Shown here piece by piece: positions 11,466 through 24,035 of a stretch of DNA of 64,000 nucleotides. Numbering within the stretch: the stretch's first letter is position 1; the number at the start of each line of letters is the position of its first letter. The translations under genes were made by a program, and so were the position numbers. The notes beneath the pieces are model-generated. The model saw nothing but the letters and a program-made list of their open reading frames with translations, made no database searches and was not told the origin of the DNA. The stretch is from positions 58,094,001 to 58,158,000 of the forward strand of contig NC_043010.1 in NCBI RefSeq assembly GCF_006345805.1. Direction: 5' to 3'. Origin of the DNA: Octopus sinensis (lineage: Eukaryota).

Positions 11466-11713
11466 GATAAGACAAAGAGCACGATGCAATTGCAATGGAT
11501 ATTTTATTGGTTGAATGATATTTTGACGGTAAGCCTGTCTTTGTCAAGTTCAAAATAAGTGATGAAAATTCAAAATTATAGATATTTGAATTTAAAGTAT
11601 GAACAAGAGCAACTAGCATCCACTTGTTGATGGAATGACATCATCAGTCTTTAAGTTTCAATTTTATAACGAGCGAAAAGAAAAAGACAGAAAAAAAAGA
11701 GGAAAGGAAAAAG
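11466..11713 (-). repeat. Inverted pLTR copy of the PLE
   Basis: Reverse complement matches 13810-14080 (TTATAAAATTGAAACTTAA, TCATTCCATCAA, CTATAATTTTGAATTTT, ATATCATTCAACCAATAAAATATC). Confidence 0.85.
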
Positions 11714-11849
11714 ATGATGATCAAATCAGGTATAATTGAATTGAAAAGAATTCCAATTGGTATCCAGATAAAGTTCGGAATGGATGTTCACAAACACTAC
11801 AGGAATTTCCTGAATCTTGTCAAACAGGCATTAGAGAAAGCCTTAATAC

Positions 11850-13800
11850 AAGTGGAAAGAAGTCCTGGAATAACTTCACAGATTCCCAACGTTATGCACT
11901 CCAATGTCTGGCTAATAACGATTCTATTGTTATTAAAATGATGAATAAGGAAGGCACTATCATAATTACGGATAAATTTGAGTACATTTTGGCTTGTGAA
12001 GAAGTTTTAAATGACAAAACTTCATATGAAGAATTACCTGTCTAAACCCCAATTACAGAGAGAAACTTGACAAGATAATTCTGGAAATGGAAGAAAACAA
12101 TTTCATAAATAAGGCCGAATCCAGAATTTTACAGTCAGAAAGAAGAACACCTGTATTTTATGGTGTCCCTAAAATACACAAAATGTATGAAAGATTTCCT
12201 CCAATGCACCCAATTTGCAGTGGATATGAATGTTGTACAGCCAAGATTTCAGAATGGCTGGATCGCTTTCTACTCCCCTTCGCATAAAGATCAAGTTCCT
12301 ATATTCAGGATACTTTTCATTTTGTGTCTAAAGTCAACATCTTTTTCAGTATCGAGGCTGTGTTGAGAACTGGTTTTTGGTAACCATGGATGCTTTTATA
12401 TCCCAATATTGACCACAATGAAAGGTAGAAGCCTTCGAAAAACAGTCAAACAAAAGTATTCCATCAAATTTTCTCTGTAGGTTATTGAGGTTTGTGTTAG
12501 AAAGTAACACAATGAAGTTTGGACAAAGATTTTACCACCAGTTGAGGGGTTGCACCATGGGTAACCCCATGGCAGTTAATTTTTTCTAATGTCTTCATGA
12601 TGAAATTTGAGACACAGTTACTGAAGACATTCAAATCTCTACATGCTCATGAACCAATACTCCAGTTACGGTTCATTGATGACATCTTTTTTGTCTGGGA
12701 AGGATCACAGGATAGTTTAATGGACTTCTTGCATTTCTGTGACTGTTATGCTAAAAACTATGGCTTCAAGTCCAACATAAAATTTATGTCTAGTTTTTCA
12801 AAAACTAACGTTGAATTTTGGGGCACAATAGTTAAGTTTTCTGGAGGCAGAATAGTGACAGAGTTATTTTCCAAGCCCACATTATCCCACTTTATCTCCA
12901 CCGCTGCTCCGATCATCCACATCATATAATTCAGTCAAATCCGAAATCCCAATTTTTGAGGATAAGATGGATTTGTACTGCCATAGGGGATTACTAGACA
13001 CATGCAAATGATTTTGTACATCATTATGTCAAATGCGGTTACAGTGAATCCCGATTAAAGGAAATAGCGAATGAAATAGCTAAGATTAGCAAAGACAGGC
13101 AAACCTTCACACATAATTTTAACAAACACAACACAATAGATAACAGAATTCCTTTAGCGATTAACTGGCACCGAAAATTCGCTGGCATTTCAGAAATATT
13201 GCATGAAAGTTACCAGCATGTGGCGAAAAAATATCTTGGTTTCAAACTGATATTTCTTCAGCCGCCAATTGTAGCCTTTAGATGGAATAAGAATATAAGA
13301 GAACTATTGACCTCTATTTCTGACTGCAAGGAAATGAACATTTGACTATCTGCACACTGTAACTTGAAAAACAGCCGCAAGAGAGGTAAGCCCTGTTCAT
13401 TGAGCAGCAACATGAATCAAGTAAATTCCATCAGGAACCATAACAGAAATGTTATGATTTATACAGAAGGTGGGACATGTAGAGATTCCCATTTGGTGTA
13501 CGCGGCAGAATGCATGAAACACAACTTGATTTATGTTGCTTGTACAACAGAACAATTAAACAAAAGATTTAATGGGCACAGGTATGATGTCAGGCACAAT
13601 AAGAGTGGTTCAGCAGAACTTGCTGAACATCTTGCTTCAAATGGCCGTAATTTTGAAAAAGACTTGAAAATATTCTGAATCTGCTTCACTTTCACTTCTC
13701 AGAATGCATGAGGAGAAATACTTTTGTGGGTTATTAACATCCTGCCCTGGAGGAATGAATAAAATGACAGAAGAATATCATCAAAATTTATACAAAACTG
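11850..13800 (+). pseudogene. PLE reverse transcriptase + GIY-YIG endonuclease pseudogene (Neptune-like linker is an inference)
   Basis: FYGVPKIHK..PPMHPICSG, SYIQDT, GCTMGNPMA, LRFIDDIFFVWEG, SKPT, KPCSL (Cys linker), VYAAEC..IYVACTTEQLNKRFNGHRYD. Multiple frameshifts and stops. Confidence 0.9.
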
Positions 13801-14134
13801 TTTGATTAAATATTCTTCTTTTCCCTTTTTTACTTTCCCCTTTTTTTGTCTTTTTTCTTTTTCGTTTTGCCTATTATAAAATTGAAACTTAAGGATTGAT
13901 GCTATCATTCCATCAATGTGAGGGTCCTGGTTGCTCTCATTAATACTTTAAATTTAAATTTCTATAATTTTGAATTTTTATCACTTTTTATTATGAACTC
14001 AACAAAGACAGGTTTGCTGTCAAGATATCATTCAACCAATAAAATATCTATTACAGTCGCATTGTGTTCTTTGTCTTGTCTGTTTACCTTTGTGAAGAGT
14101 TACATCAATCCTTTTATAATAATAATAATAATGA

Positions 14135-14571
14135 TACTTGCGGTCGTGATCAAATAAGCACTTTGCATCAAGTATGGACTTGACAGAGCAAAAAAGTGGT
14201 ATGAACATAAACCTGAAGGCATCATCAAAAATGATAATGTAAAGATCCTATGGGATTTTATGATTCAGTGTGGTCATGAGATAGAGAATAGGAAACCAGA
14301 TACAGTCTTAATTGAGAAAGAAAGCAAACGATGCTGGATCATAGATATAGCAAGCCCAGCTGACAACAAGGTATGCAATAAGAAAGAAAGAAAAGTCGAT
14401 AAACATGACAGGTTAGCTCGGGAGGTTAAGCAGTTGTGGTCGATGAAAAAGGTAGTAGTAGTACCAATAATTGTTGGAGCCCTGGGAACAGTGAGTAAAA
14501 ATCTTGAGAAGTACCTGGAACAAATAAGGGCTGCAATAAAGGTGCAGTACTTGCAGAAAACAGCACAGTGA
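14135..14571 (+). pseudogene. R4/Dong-type LINE REL endonuclease fragment
   Basis: KWYEHKPEGIIKNDNVKILWDF..RKPD..IIDIASP..PIIVGALGTV..LQKTA. Bounded by (ATA)n tracts at ~14115-14133 and ~14620-14657. Confidence 0.9.
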
Positions 14572-14660
14572 ATAACGGACACCATAGTACATCTCCAGCG
14601 TTAGAAGCTGTGCAAAGGCAATAATAATAATAATAAAAATGATAATAACAATAATAATTG

Positions 14661-14922
14661 AGTTCTTTATGGCATCCCTTTTGTTCTACTGGAAGTAGAT
14701 TATCTTCCCCAAGGAACATATATATTTTCCCTGCAAGAATGCCTGTTAAGCCAGATGGATAGAGGAAATAGACATAAAATCCAGTTAAGTACAGCTGCAG
14801 AAAACAGTGTTATTAGGGGCAGCTAGGATACTTAGGAGGGTTCTTGGCATCAAAGGTTACTTGTAGCTCAATGTGAGGAAGTTTTCTTTTCCAACTGTCT
14901 AATCTGTTGTGTCTATATGAAT
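14661..14922 (+). mobile_element. R4/Dong 3' end with an inverted RT segment attached
   Basis: 14661-14752 on minus reads LTGILAGKIYMFLGEDNLLPVEQKGCHK. From ~14755 on plus: WIEEIDI..VQLQKTVLLGAARILRRVLG, then a UTR and (AAT)n. Confidence 0.7.
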
Positions 14923-14940
14923 AATAATAATAATAATAAT

Positions 14941-15079
14941 AATGGCACTGCACACATCCTACACAGAACACTTTCCATACATTAACCATCAGAGCACCAC
15001 AACAAGTCACAACACATACCCAAGGAACACAGAGCTGCGCTCGGTAGTGAAGTGAAAGCACGTTATAAAAATAAAACTA

Positions 15080-15125
<46 letters not shown>
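14941..15125 (+). mobile_element. R4/Dong extreme 3' end
   Basis: GTAHILHRTLSIH* then a UTR and a long (AAT)n tail; preceded by (AAT)n. Confidence 0.7.
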
Positions 15126-15130
<5 letters not shown>

Positions 15131-15732
15131 GATGATGATGATTTGTTGCAGCTGTGTTGAAGAAGAAAAGGAAGAAAAAGAATACAAATATAACTAGAGC
15201 TGAAGTTATAGAAGGATGGACAAAATATCAATGAGAGAGAGAGAGAGAGAAACCAGAGAAATATCAATAAGAAGGGGAGAAGGAAGAAGATGACCAGAAT
15301 GTCACAGGTGTGTTGAGGGAGAAAACAAACAACAAAAATACAACTGAGAGAAAGGAGAGAGAGAGAGAGAAACGAACAGTATTATCAGGAAGAGAGGGAT
15401 TGCAAGAGAGAGAGAGAGAGAATATAGAAAACATTTGAAAAAAACTGCTGTTTTTATGGAGAAAACATTGGTGAATTTAGAGGGAGAAACCAAATGCTGC
15501 AGATATCAAATGATGTTTAAGTCAGCATGAAAATTCAAAAGACACAAGAATTATCACCTGGAGATGGAGTGAGAGTTGAAACTAAACAAAGATGGGTAAA
15601 ATATCATTAAGAGAGGGAGAGAGAGAAAGAGAGAATAACAGAAATATGAGGGGAATCGAAAGAAGGAGAGAAGAAGATGATGGTCAGTGTGTCACAGGTG
15701 TTGTTGAGGAAGAAAACAAACAATTAAAATAC

Positions 15733-15774
<42 letters not shown>

Positions 15775-15814
15775 CAGGGAGATTATCAAGAAGAGAAGAG
15801 GAATTGTTAACGAG

Positions 15815-17172
15815 AGGATGAGTTGAAGAGGTTTGGTAAGAGTGAACTTGAAATAAATGATCTGCTTTCAACAGTAAAGATAATCAGTAAAGATATTGGG
15901 ACTGAAATGTGTGGTAGGCTTATTAAAAAAGGCAAAGTAGTGTCATCTGATGGTGCCATTCAACCATTCAATGGTGAGTGAATCAAGGATGTTGAGATTG
16001 AGAGGTATAAGTACGTGGGTATTTGGGAGTATGACAAAACGAAGGAAAGCTTTAGGAAAGGATACCTAAGGAGAACTAGATCAATTGCGGAAAATAGATT
16101 GAATGGAAATTACAAGATCTGGGCAATAGATACATGGGTTGTTTTCTTAATAAGATATGATACAGGTGTTGATAGGTGGTCAAAAAATGAACTTGATGAA
16201 ATGTATAAAAGATCTAGGAAAGTGAAGACAATGAACAAGAAACTGCATCCTAAAAGTGATATCAATACAGTGTATGTGCCAAGAGAGGAAGAGGGCCTCA
16301 TAGGATGCAAGATCTGTGTTGTCAAGGGGGGGGGATCTGGAATGGTATGTCGAACAGGAGTTTGAACCATTGCTTCCTACTGTTAGAAATAGCAACATGA
16401 TACTGGAAATGTAACACACCTCTAAAAACATTTAAAAAACAAGATGAGGAACAAAGATTAAACAATTGGCAAATGAAAATAATGCATGTGCAATACCTGA
16501 GAGAAATTGAAGGGGAAAGACAAGAGCAACACCCGTGAAGATGGCTAAGAAAAAGTGATCTGAAAGGATGCACTGAGTCACTGATGTGCAACGCCCCGGA
16601 ACAAGGGCTGAGAACTAACTACACCAAGTTCCAAATGGATAAAAGCAGTGAATTGCCTCTTTGTAGGATGTGTGACGGTAAAAATGAAACAATCTCTCAT
16701 GTTGTGAGTGCAGCAAACTGGCCCAAACACACTACAAAGGGTAGCATGGTAACATGGTTATGTTTATGGGAGATTGTGTGAGATTGGTTTTGGAAGGACA
16801 TATAACGGTACAAACATAAACCTGAAGGCATCACTGAGAAAAATGAATATAAAATTTTGTGAGATTTTGCAATCCATTGTGACTCATTAATTGATACTCA
16901 GAGACAAGAGATTGTTGTAGGTGATAAAAAGAAGAAGGAATCCATGATTATAGATATTGGCATACCTGGGGTCACATGTGTAGGTGACAAAATGCTAGAA
17001 AAGGTGGTAAAATACAAGATACTAAAAGATGAAATTACAAGAATATGGGCAATGAAGAGAGTAAATGTTGAGGCACTGGGAGCACTAACAACCAAGTTTG
17101 AGAATTGGAATTGACACAAGTATAAAACATGCTCAAAAAACTGCTCTGTTGGGGACAGCAAGGATTTTGGGA
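15815..17172 (+). pseudogene. R4/Dong-type LINE, late RT through REL, decayed
   Basis: DELKRFGKSE, YKYVGIWE, KLHPKSDINTVYVPRE, WLRKSDLKGCTES, CRMCDGKNETISHVVS, KHKPEG, IIDIGIPG, AQKTALLGTARIL. Confidence 0.85.
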
Positions 17173-17860
17173 GCCTTATTATAGCTGCTCAAGGTCAGGT
17201 ATTAGAAACAAACAACTTAAGAAAATATATGTATGAGGAGAAGGTGTTGACAAAATGTAGAATATGTGGAATTTGGGATGAAATGATGGCAGACATCATT
17301 GTGGAATGCTTTGAGTTGTCCCAGGGAGAATATAAGAAATGAAGGTATGATTAAATTGTGAAAGTTTTACACTAGAAGCTTGGTCAGAAATGGAGGTTTG
17401 ATGCAAGAAGTACTTGGTGTAAATACTGAGGTTAAAAACGTGCTCGGGTTGGAAAAATGCAAGATTTTATGGGATAGAAAATAACAAACCAGATACTAGA
17501 AAAATCAAATTTGCTGAAGGATTGATCCATTATGCCTGTTTGATTCCAGGATTGTGAAGAAAGAAGACAAAAAAATACAATCCCTTAAAATTTGGAACTG
17601 CAAGAGTTTGGAATACAAAAACTATAAAGGTAATACCTGTAATAATTCATGCATTAGGGACAGTGAGAAATGAAAGAGATTGGACTAGAATGTTCTGGAG
17701 AGCTTCTACAGAAAGTTTGACTCTTAGGAACAGGAAAGATTATCAGGAGTGATTTAAGCACTTGAAAGATTATTGAAATATTGTGGATATCTAAAGTTTC
17801 GAGTAGTAATCCATGACCCACATAAATTTTACCAGGAATAAGACCAAACCTGAGTCAAGT
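17173..17860 (+). pseudogene. R4/Dong-type LINE knuckle/REL fragment, heavily decayed
   Basis: LIIAAQGQVLETN, CRICG..E, KILWD, LGTV, LLGTGKIIR; ends at (CTA)n(TAA)n. Confidence 0.75.
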
Positions 17861-17914
17861 CAACTACTACTACTACTACTACTACTAATAATAATAATAA
17901 TAATAATAACAATG

Positions 17915-19325
17915 ATAATAAGTGTGCAAAGGCTACTTTCAAGGCAGGGAAGTTCATAAAGGTAGAAAACATAGAACTTGATACTACAATAGCTATTTGA
18001 AACCTAGAGCGATCCGAAATATACAAATACCTGGGAACCAATGAAGGTGATGGTATCTAGCACTCCAAAGTGAAAGAGAAAATCCACAAGGTATGCTACC
18101 AAAGGGTAAGAATGGTCCTAAACTCAGAATTAAATGCTGCCAAGGGAATTAATGTAATCAATTCTTTGGCCATACCAGTAACCATTTATAGCTTCGGTAT
18201 TGTTAAGTGGAGTCTCACTGTCATGCAGAATATGGTTGGAAAGATCTGTAAAATCTTTACAAGGTACCGAATGCACCATCCAAAATCAGATGTAGACAGG
18301 ATTTATCTTCCAAGAAAAATAAATAGAAGAGGCCTGATACAGATCAGCAATAATAGGCCTTGAAATGTACCTTAATACAACAAGTGATGTGCTCTTATGA
18401 ACTGCACTGAAGCTTGAAGATTCCAAGCAAGCTTTAGTAAGAAATTTAAAAAGTCTCTTGGCCTACAAGTTAACAATAAGAATGACCAAGACAACCAAAT
18501 ACTGAAAGACCTACCACTGCTTCTCCTGATTTAGAAATTAACAATCAGAAAGACTAAAGAGATCCAAATGGTGACAAACCTATCACTGATGCAAAAAAAA
18601 AACATAAAAAAGGGCAAAGGAGGCTTGCATGAATAATATCGAAGACAACTGGAAAGGCAAACTCCTGCATGGAAAATATCCTAACAACCTTTCCAAGCCA
18701 GATATTGATCAAAATCTAACACACCAATAGCTAAAAGGGACAGGTCTGAAAGGGAAACAAAAGGTTTTGTTACTGCAGCACGTGATCAGATTTTACCTAC
18801 CAGAAACTACCATGCAAACGTCCTTAAAGAAGGATCTGACCCCTCATGCAGAATTTGCAGAAAATTCACAGGGACAATTGATCATGTTGTTTCTGGCTAG
18901 GGAAGTAGATCCACAGGAATGCTTGCAAATGCTACAAAATTAAATCCCATGATAAGTGGTACAGGCACCATCCAGAGGATGTAGTAAATGGTGAGGGTGT
19001 CACCATCCTTTGGAACTTCCCAATACAAACAGAAGGAAAAACTGACTCCAGTCGACCAAACATTGTGACCAAGGACTACAACAGAGGAACTCGTCTGTTA
19101 ATAGATTATGTCTGTTCCACAAGATCAAAATGTCTTAAGAAAGGAATACAAAAAGCTTTCTCACTATAAAGATCTGCAGTAGTAACTGGTGCATTGGGAA
19201 TGATAAAGAAGGGAGCTGAGAAGTATATTAAACAACTCCCCGGTAACTCCAGTCTCCGTGAAGTACAAAAGGTAACCTTGATGTGTACAGCCCATATATT
19301 ACGGAAAGAACTCTCTATTTAAAAT
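17915..19325 (+). pseudogene. R4/Dong-type LINE, late RT through REL, decayed
   Basis: KCAKATFK, YKYLG, MHHPKSDVDRIYLPR, LHGKYP, CRIC..TIDHVVSG, LWNFPIQT..SRPNIV, VVTGALGMIKKG, QKVTLMCTAHILRKELSI*. Begins after (TAA)n. Confidence 0.85.
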
Positions 19326-20034
19326 GGAATAAATGTGGGGATAATTTTAGCATGCATAGCAAAGCAAAAGTGCCCTTGCTACTCTTGGCCTTTGGAGGAT
19401 GCCCAGTACTAAGGCAGCTGAAATATAGGTATAATGAAAGGAAACCATAAATGATAATGATTGCTTCAAATTTTTATACAAGGCCAACAATCTTAGGTGA
19501 GTGGACTGGAGCAACATGAAATAAAGTGCATTGCACAAAGAGACACCAAGATACCAGGGAATGAACTCACAACCTTTTGACTGTGAGCTGAATATGATAA
19601 CCTCTGAGACCCACCCATTCACTTATCCTGACTATATGCTTGGTGTACAACTGGATTGGTCTGAGACAAGACAACAGCTTACTGACACAAGCTGATACAT
19701 CACTAATGCATGGACACTGGATTGTTGAGTTTTCACCCCCCTTGCACAGGTTTGGCTTTTGGCACTTGCCTCCCTAAAGAGTTCGTCCCAAACAATGAGT
19801 GCCTACCACCCCGTTCCCCTTAGCCCTGCTACGACAAGGACTTTGGGAAGTTGTCTTCAGTCTTTGAAGACCAAAATATCATCAACGTCAAAGATGACAA
19901 CAACAAGATACGATGCAAAAATTCAGGAGTATAGCTAAGGGAGTTATATGAAGCTGTGACATTCATGCCTTTTCCCATTGTGTTAATGACATGACCAGAG
20001 TAATGAGAGTATGTAACCAATTCACTGATTCATC

Positions 20035-20378
20035 TCAGGCATGTGGTAAGAAGCCTGCTTCCCAACCACATGGTTCCAGGTTCAGTCCCACTGTATGGCA
20101 CCTTGGGCAATAACCTTGGGCCAACCAAAGCCTTGTGACTGGATTTGGTAGATGGAAACTGAAAGAATCCCACTATATGTGTGTGTGTAGGGGGGGTGCC
20201 TTTGTGTTGGTTCTTGTATGTGTTTATGTACATGTAACTTAGCAGCTTGGCAAAAGAGACTGATAACAGTACGAAGCTTTAGAAAATAAATACAGAGGTT
20301 GATTCATTCAACTAAAAATTCTTCAAGGTGGTGCCCCAGCATGGCCACAGTCTAATGACTGAAACAAGTAAAAAAATA
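20035..20378 (+). mobile_element. CORE-type SINE family A
   Basis: GTGGTAAGAAGCCTGCTTCCCAACCACATGGTTCCAGGTTCAGTCCC head, CORE-like GGCACCTTGGGCAA, tail CAGTCTAATGACTGAAACAAG. Confidence 0.8.
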
Positions 20379-20564
20379 AAGATAGAAGACTACTAATCTG
20401 TTCCTTGCTGGCCATTTTCTTCAGAGAGCCACCTTTTGTATTCTTCACCAAACTGACACAACAAACACCTATTGCGGAGTGTACGTATTTGCTTTTGGAA
20501 TTTTTATTGCAGTTTTCAAACCTTACAGATTCCACTTTAGAAGAACATGAAATTATTTTACAAA

Positions 20565-20720
20565 CTCTATCCGCTCAGTCGCAGTCGACTCTCAGTCACT
20601 CGTTGGATCAGTGTCCTCCAGTCAGTTCTATCCTTCAGATTGGCCACTCCTGATGGTGTCAAGCCAGTGGGTTCTTGGTCGGCCTCTTCCTCTCTATATT
20701 GGAACCTCAGGTTTTAGTCA
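20565..20720 (-). mobile_element. RTE-clade LINE 3' end remnant
   Basis: Minus strand reads RGRGRPRTHWLDTI followed by a GAGAGTCGACTGCGACTGAGCG tail resembling RTE 3' UTR stem-loops. Confidence 0.55.
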
Positions 20721-20857
20721 AAGAGTCCATTTTGGTAAAAACTGCCCTAGTGTATTACTGGAACTTTGGATGTCAACCCACCAGATTGACAAAATACGTA
20801 GCCTCAAAAATTCACACGAAAACTCATGAAGGATTTTTTTTCTTCGTACTTATTCTT

Positions 20858-21318
20858 ATATTCTTTTTCTTGTTTTAGTCATTTCACTGTGGCCATGCTG
20901 GAGCACCACCTTTAGTCAAGCAACTCGACCCCAGGACTTATTCTTTGTAAGCCTAGTAGTTATTCTATTGGTCTCTTTTGCCGAACCGCTAAGTTACAGG
21001 GACGTAAATACACTAACATCCGTTATCAAGCAATGGTGGGGGGACAAACACAGACGCACACCAGATCAGACTGGAGCCTGCTGCAGCCTCCTGGCTTCTC
21101 AGACCCCAGTTGAACCGTCCAACTCATGCCAGCATGGAAAACAATGATGATGATATATACGACAGGCTTCTTTCAATTTCCGTGTACCAAATCCACTCAC
21201 AAGGCTTTGGTCGGCCCGAGGCTATAGTAGAAGACACTTGCCCAAGGTGCCACGCAGTGGGACTGAACCTGGAACCGTGTGGTTGATAAGCAAGCTACTT
21301 ACCACACAGCCACACCTG
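20858..21318 (-). mobile_element. CORE-type SINE family A with a foreign fragment (21061-21155) in its central tract
   Basis: Homologous to 116-546. The insert ends CCAACTCATGCCAGCATGGAAAAC(GAT)n like family D. Confidence 0.85.
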
Positions 21319-22469
21319 TGTGATGTGATAAGCTTCATGCATTACCCATTTCCATTGATATTACAGGTGTTCCTGAGAGACAATACAGTTTATATAGACT
21401 GAAAAATATATAAAGAATATATGTGTATGTATGTATATTTAAGTTTGTGTTTAGTGATATGTGGATGTATGTATGTAAATGCATGAATGTGTGTGTAAGT
21501 GTGGAGCAGTAATAGCTCTCTCACACACAGGAATTGGCTGGGTTCGGACCTTGTCAAACCATCCGACACATGCCAGCATGGAAAAACATGTTAAATGATG
21601 ATGATGAGATGATACATAGATATAAGATATGCATACAAACACACAACCACACGTGTGCGTGTGCATGTACGTATGCATTTGCCTGCATCGATGTATGCGT
21701 ATATATGTGCCTTCATAATGTATGTACATATGTATGCACCTGATGTTGTTTTCTAAACAGGTTTCTTTACTGTGCCTCCCCATCATCTTCCTTTTCTTCT
21801 TCCTCCTCCTCCACCTCTACCTCTTCAAACCACCTTTTTCATTCCCTCTGCCCCCCCCCCGCACTCCCCCTTCTTTTCATCATTAAAATGTGAGGCTGGC
21901 TGGCTGCTTGGCCGGCTGCTATTGTGGCAGCAGCAGTAGTAGTAGTTGTAGTAGTTGTTGTTGCTGCTGTTGTGGTGGTTTAATCGATAAAGAAGTAACC
22001 TATATTCTGGATTCGGTTTCATTACTGCTGCTGCAGCTGGTGGTGGCGGCGGCGGCAGTGGCGATGGTTGTGGTCTTGATAATGGTGATGGTTTTGTTGC
22101 TGCTGACGGTGGTGTTTCTGGTGATGCTGATGAGAACGGGTTGTGCTGCTGCCTGTGCTGCTGTGAGATCTTTGAAGCACAACAACAGTAATGAACCGTT
22201 TTGTTATCTGGGTTACAGCACCACCCCTCTCTCCCTCCCTCACTCCCCCCTCCCTCCACCCTTTCTCTTCACATCTTTCTTTCTCCTTTTACACTCATTA
22301 CAAATATATGCAGATGTATGTGTCTGTCTCTCTCTCTCTCTCTGTTTCTTACTCTTCATCAACCTATCTATCTATCTATGTCTGTCTGTTTGTCTACCTA
22401 TCTACTTCTCTATCTATCTTCTGTTTCTCTCCCTCTACATATATACACATGTATGTGTATGTAAAGATA

Positions 22470-22477
22470 TATAACTT

Positions 22478-22549
<72 letters not shown>

Positions 22550-22578
22550 CATATATATATACACATATATATATATAC

Positions 22579-22609
<31 letters not shown>

Positions 22610-22810
22610 CAATATATATATATATACACACATATATATATACATATATATATATATAATATATACATATATATATATACATATATATATATACATATAT
22701 ATATATACACACATATATATATATACACACATATATATATATAATATACATATATATACATATATATATATATACATATACATATATATATATAATATAT
22801 ATACATATAC

Positions 22811-22849
<39 letters not shown>

Positions 22850-22862
22850 ATATATATATTTA
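22470..22862. repeat. Long degenerate (TA)n/(TACA)n microsatellite
   Basis: Seen directly; it explains the YIYI ORFs. Confidence 0.95.
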
Positions 22863-23774
22863 TATCATTGTGTCAGTTTGTCTGTCTATCTGTTGCACAA
22901 AACCTCCTTCCCCCACTTTCTCATCCCCTCTCTCTATCTCTCAACCCCACTGCCACCACCACCACCACCACCACTACCATCATATGCTCCCACCAGTGAA
23001 TTATTTATTAAATTCAATACCAAAAAAGAGTCCCCCACCCCCATCCCACAACTGGAATGTGGTGCTGCTTCTTCTGGTCGTTACAGACCCTCATTGTATG
23101 TGTAAACTAAGCAAAATGTATTCCTTCCTTATTTCTTCAGTTTCCAACACTTGCAATTATTTCAGGGACCCTAAAAAGGGGCACTCTTTATGGGGTCTCA
23201 GAACTGTTGCTACAACACACACACACACACACACATGAACACAACAAGCACACAGTCAGACATGCACATTGTAGAAGGCATCTGAACACTGCTGCTACAA
23301 TTCATAATTATGTTCTAGAACACATCTAAACACGTCCACTGGACAGACACGAGTAGAGACGCTCTTGGATGCATATTAAACACTAACACAACACACACAC
23401 ATTGTAGAACACACCTAAATACTACTACTACTACTACTACTACTATCATTACTACTACTACACAAACCACTTAGAAGACACCAAAATACACATCCTAAAG
23501 CAATGAAGTTTGTTTTTAGATATAAATACAGATGAGATGCATTTCCCTTAACATTTTAAAACTGTCCCTGGCTGGTGTGGTTAATATGGCTGATGTTCAG
23601 TTGAAATATCAGTAGATTAACATGGGGGTAACGTGTGAGAGGAGGTAAGGAGGTAACCCATGGGCAGAGTGGGTGTGGTGGTGGTGTGTGGGAAGAACCT
23701 TTAGCTTTGGAGGAGAATGATCAGAGAAAGTGTTATGAACAGATACTGATCCTCCTGACAGGTGCAAGAGAGAG

Positions 23775-23827
<53 letters not shown>

Positions 23828-23886
23828 GTGTGTGTGTGTGTGAAAGTGTGTGTTTATGCATGTGTATGTATTTATGCATATATATA

Positions 23887-23925
<39 letters not shown>

Positions 23926-23949
23926 TAGATAAATAGATATGTGTTTGTG

Positions 23950-24035
<86 letters not shown>

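Larger units (their letters stand above)
11466..14080 (+). mobile_element. Penelope-like element (PLE), decayed, with an inverted 5' copy of its 3' terminal repeat (pLTR)
   Basis: Coding remnants listed separately. 11466-11713 is the reverse complement of ~13810-14080. Confidence 0.85.

Noticed and set aside
11517-11560. Hammerhead in the PLE pLTR (minus strand TATTTT..ACAGG-CTTA-CC-GTC-AAAATA; similar at ~14005-14035)
   Set aside because: A stem I, stem III and GUC-like 3' half is suggestive, but the CUGANGA and GAAA core is absent in both copies. The CTGATGA at 11641-11647 has no downstream GAAA.
15240-15800. Diverged ~180-bp direct repeat between (GA)n tracts
   Set aside because: Real but low-complexity local duplication with no sign of function.
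22191-23105. 304-aa ORF and the other long [12 protein letters not shown] ORFs (22-24, 29.5-31, 44, 55.5-58.5, 61 kb)
   Set aside because: Stop-free read-through of (TA)n/(CA)n microsatellites; no protein-like content.
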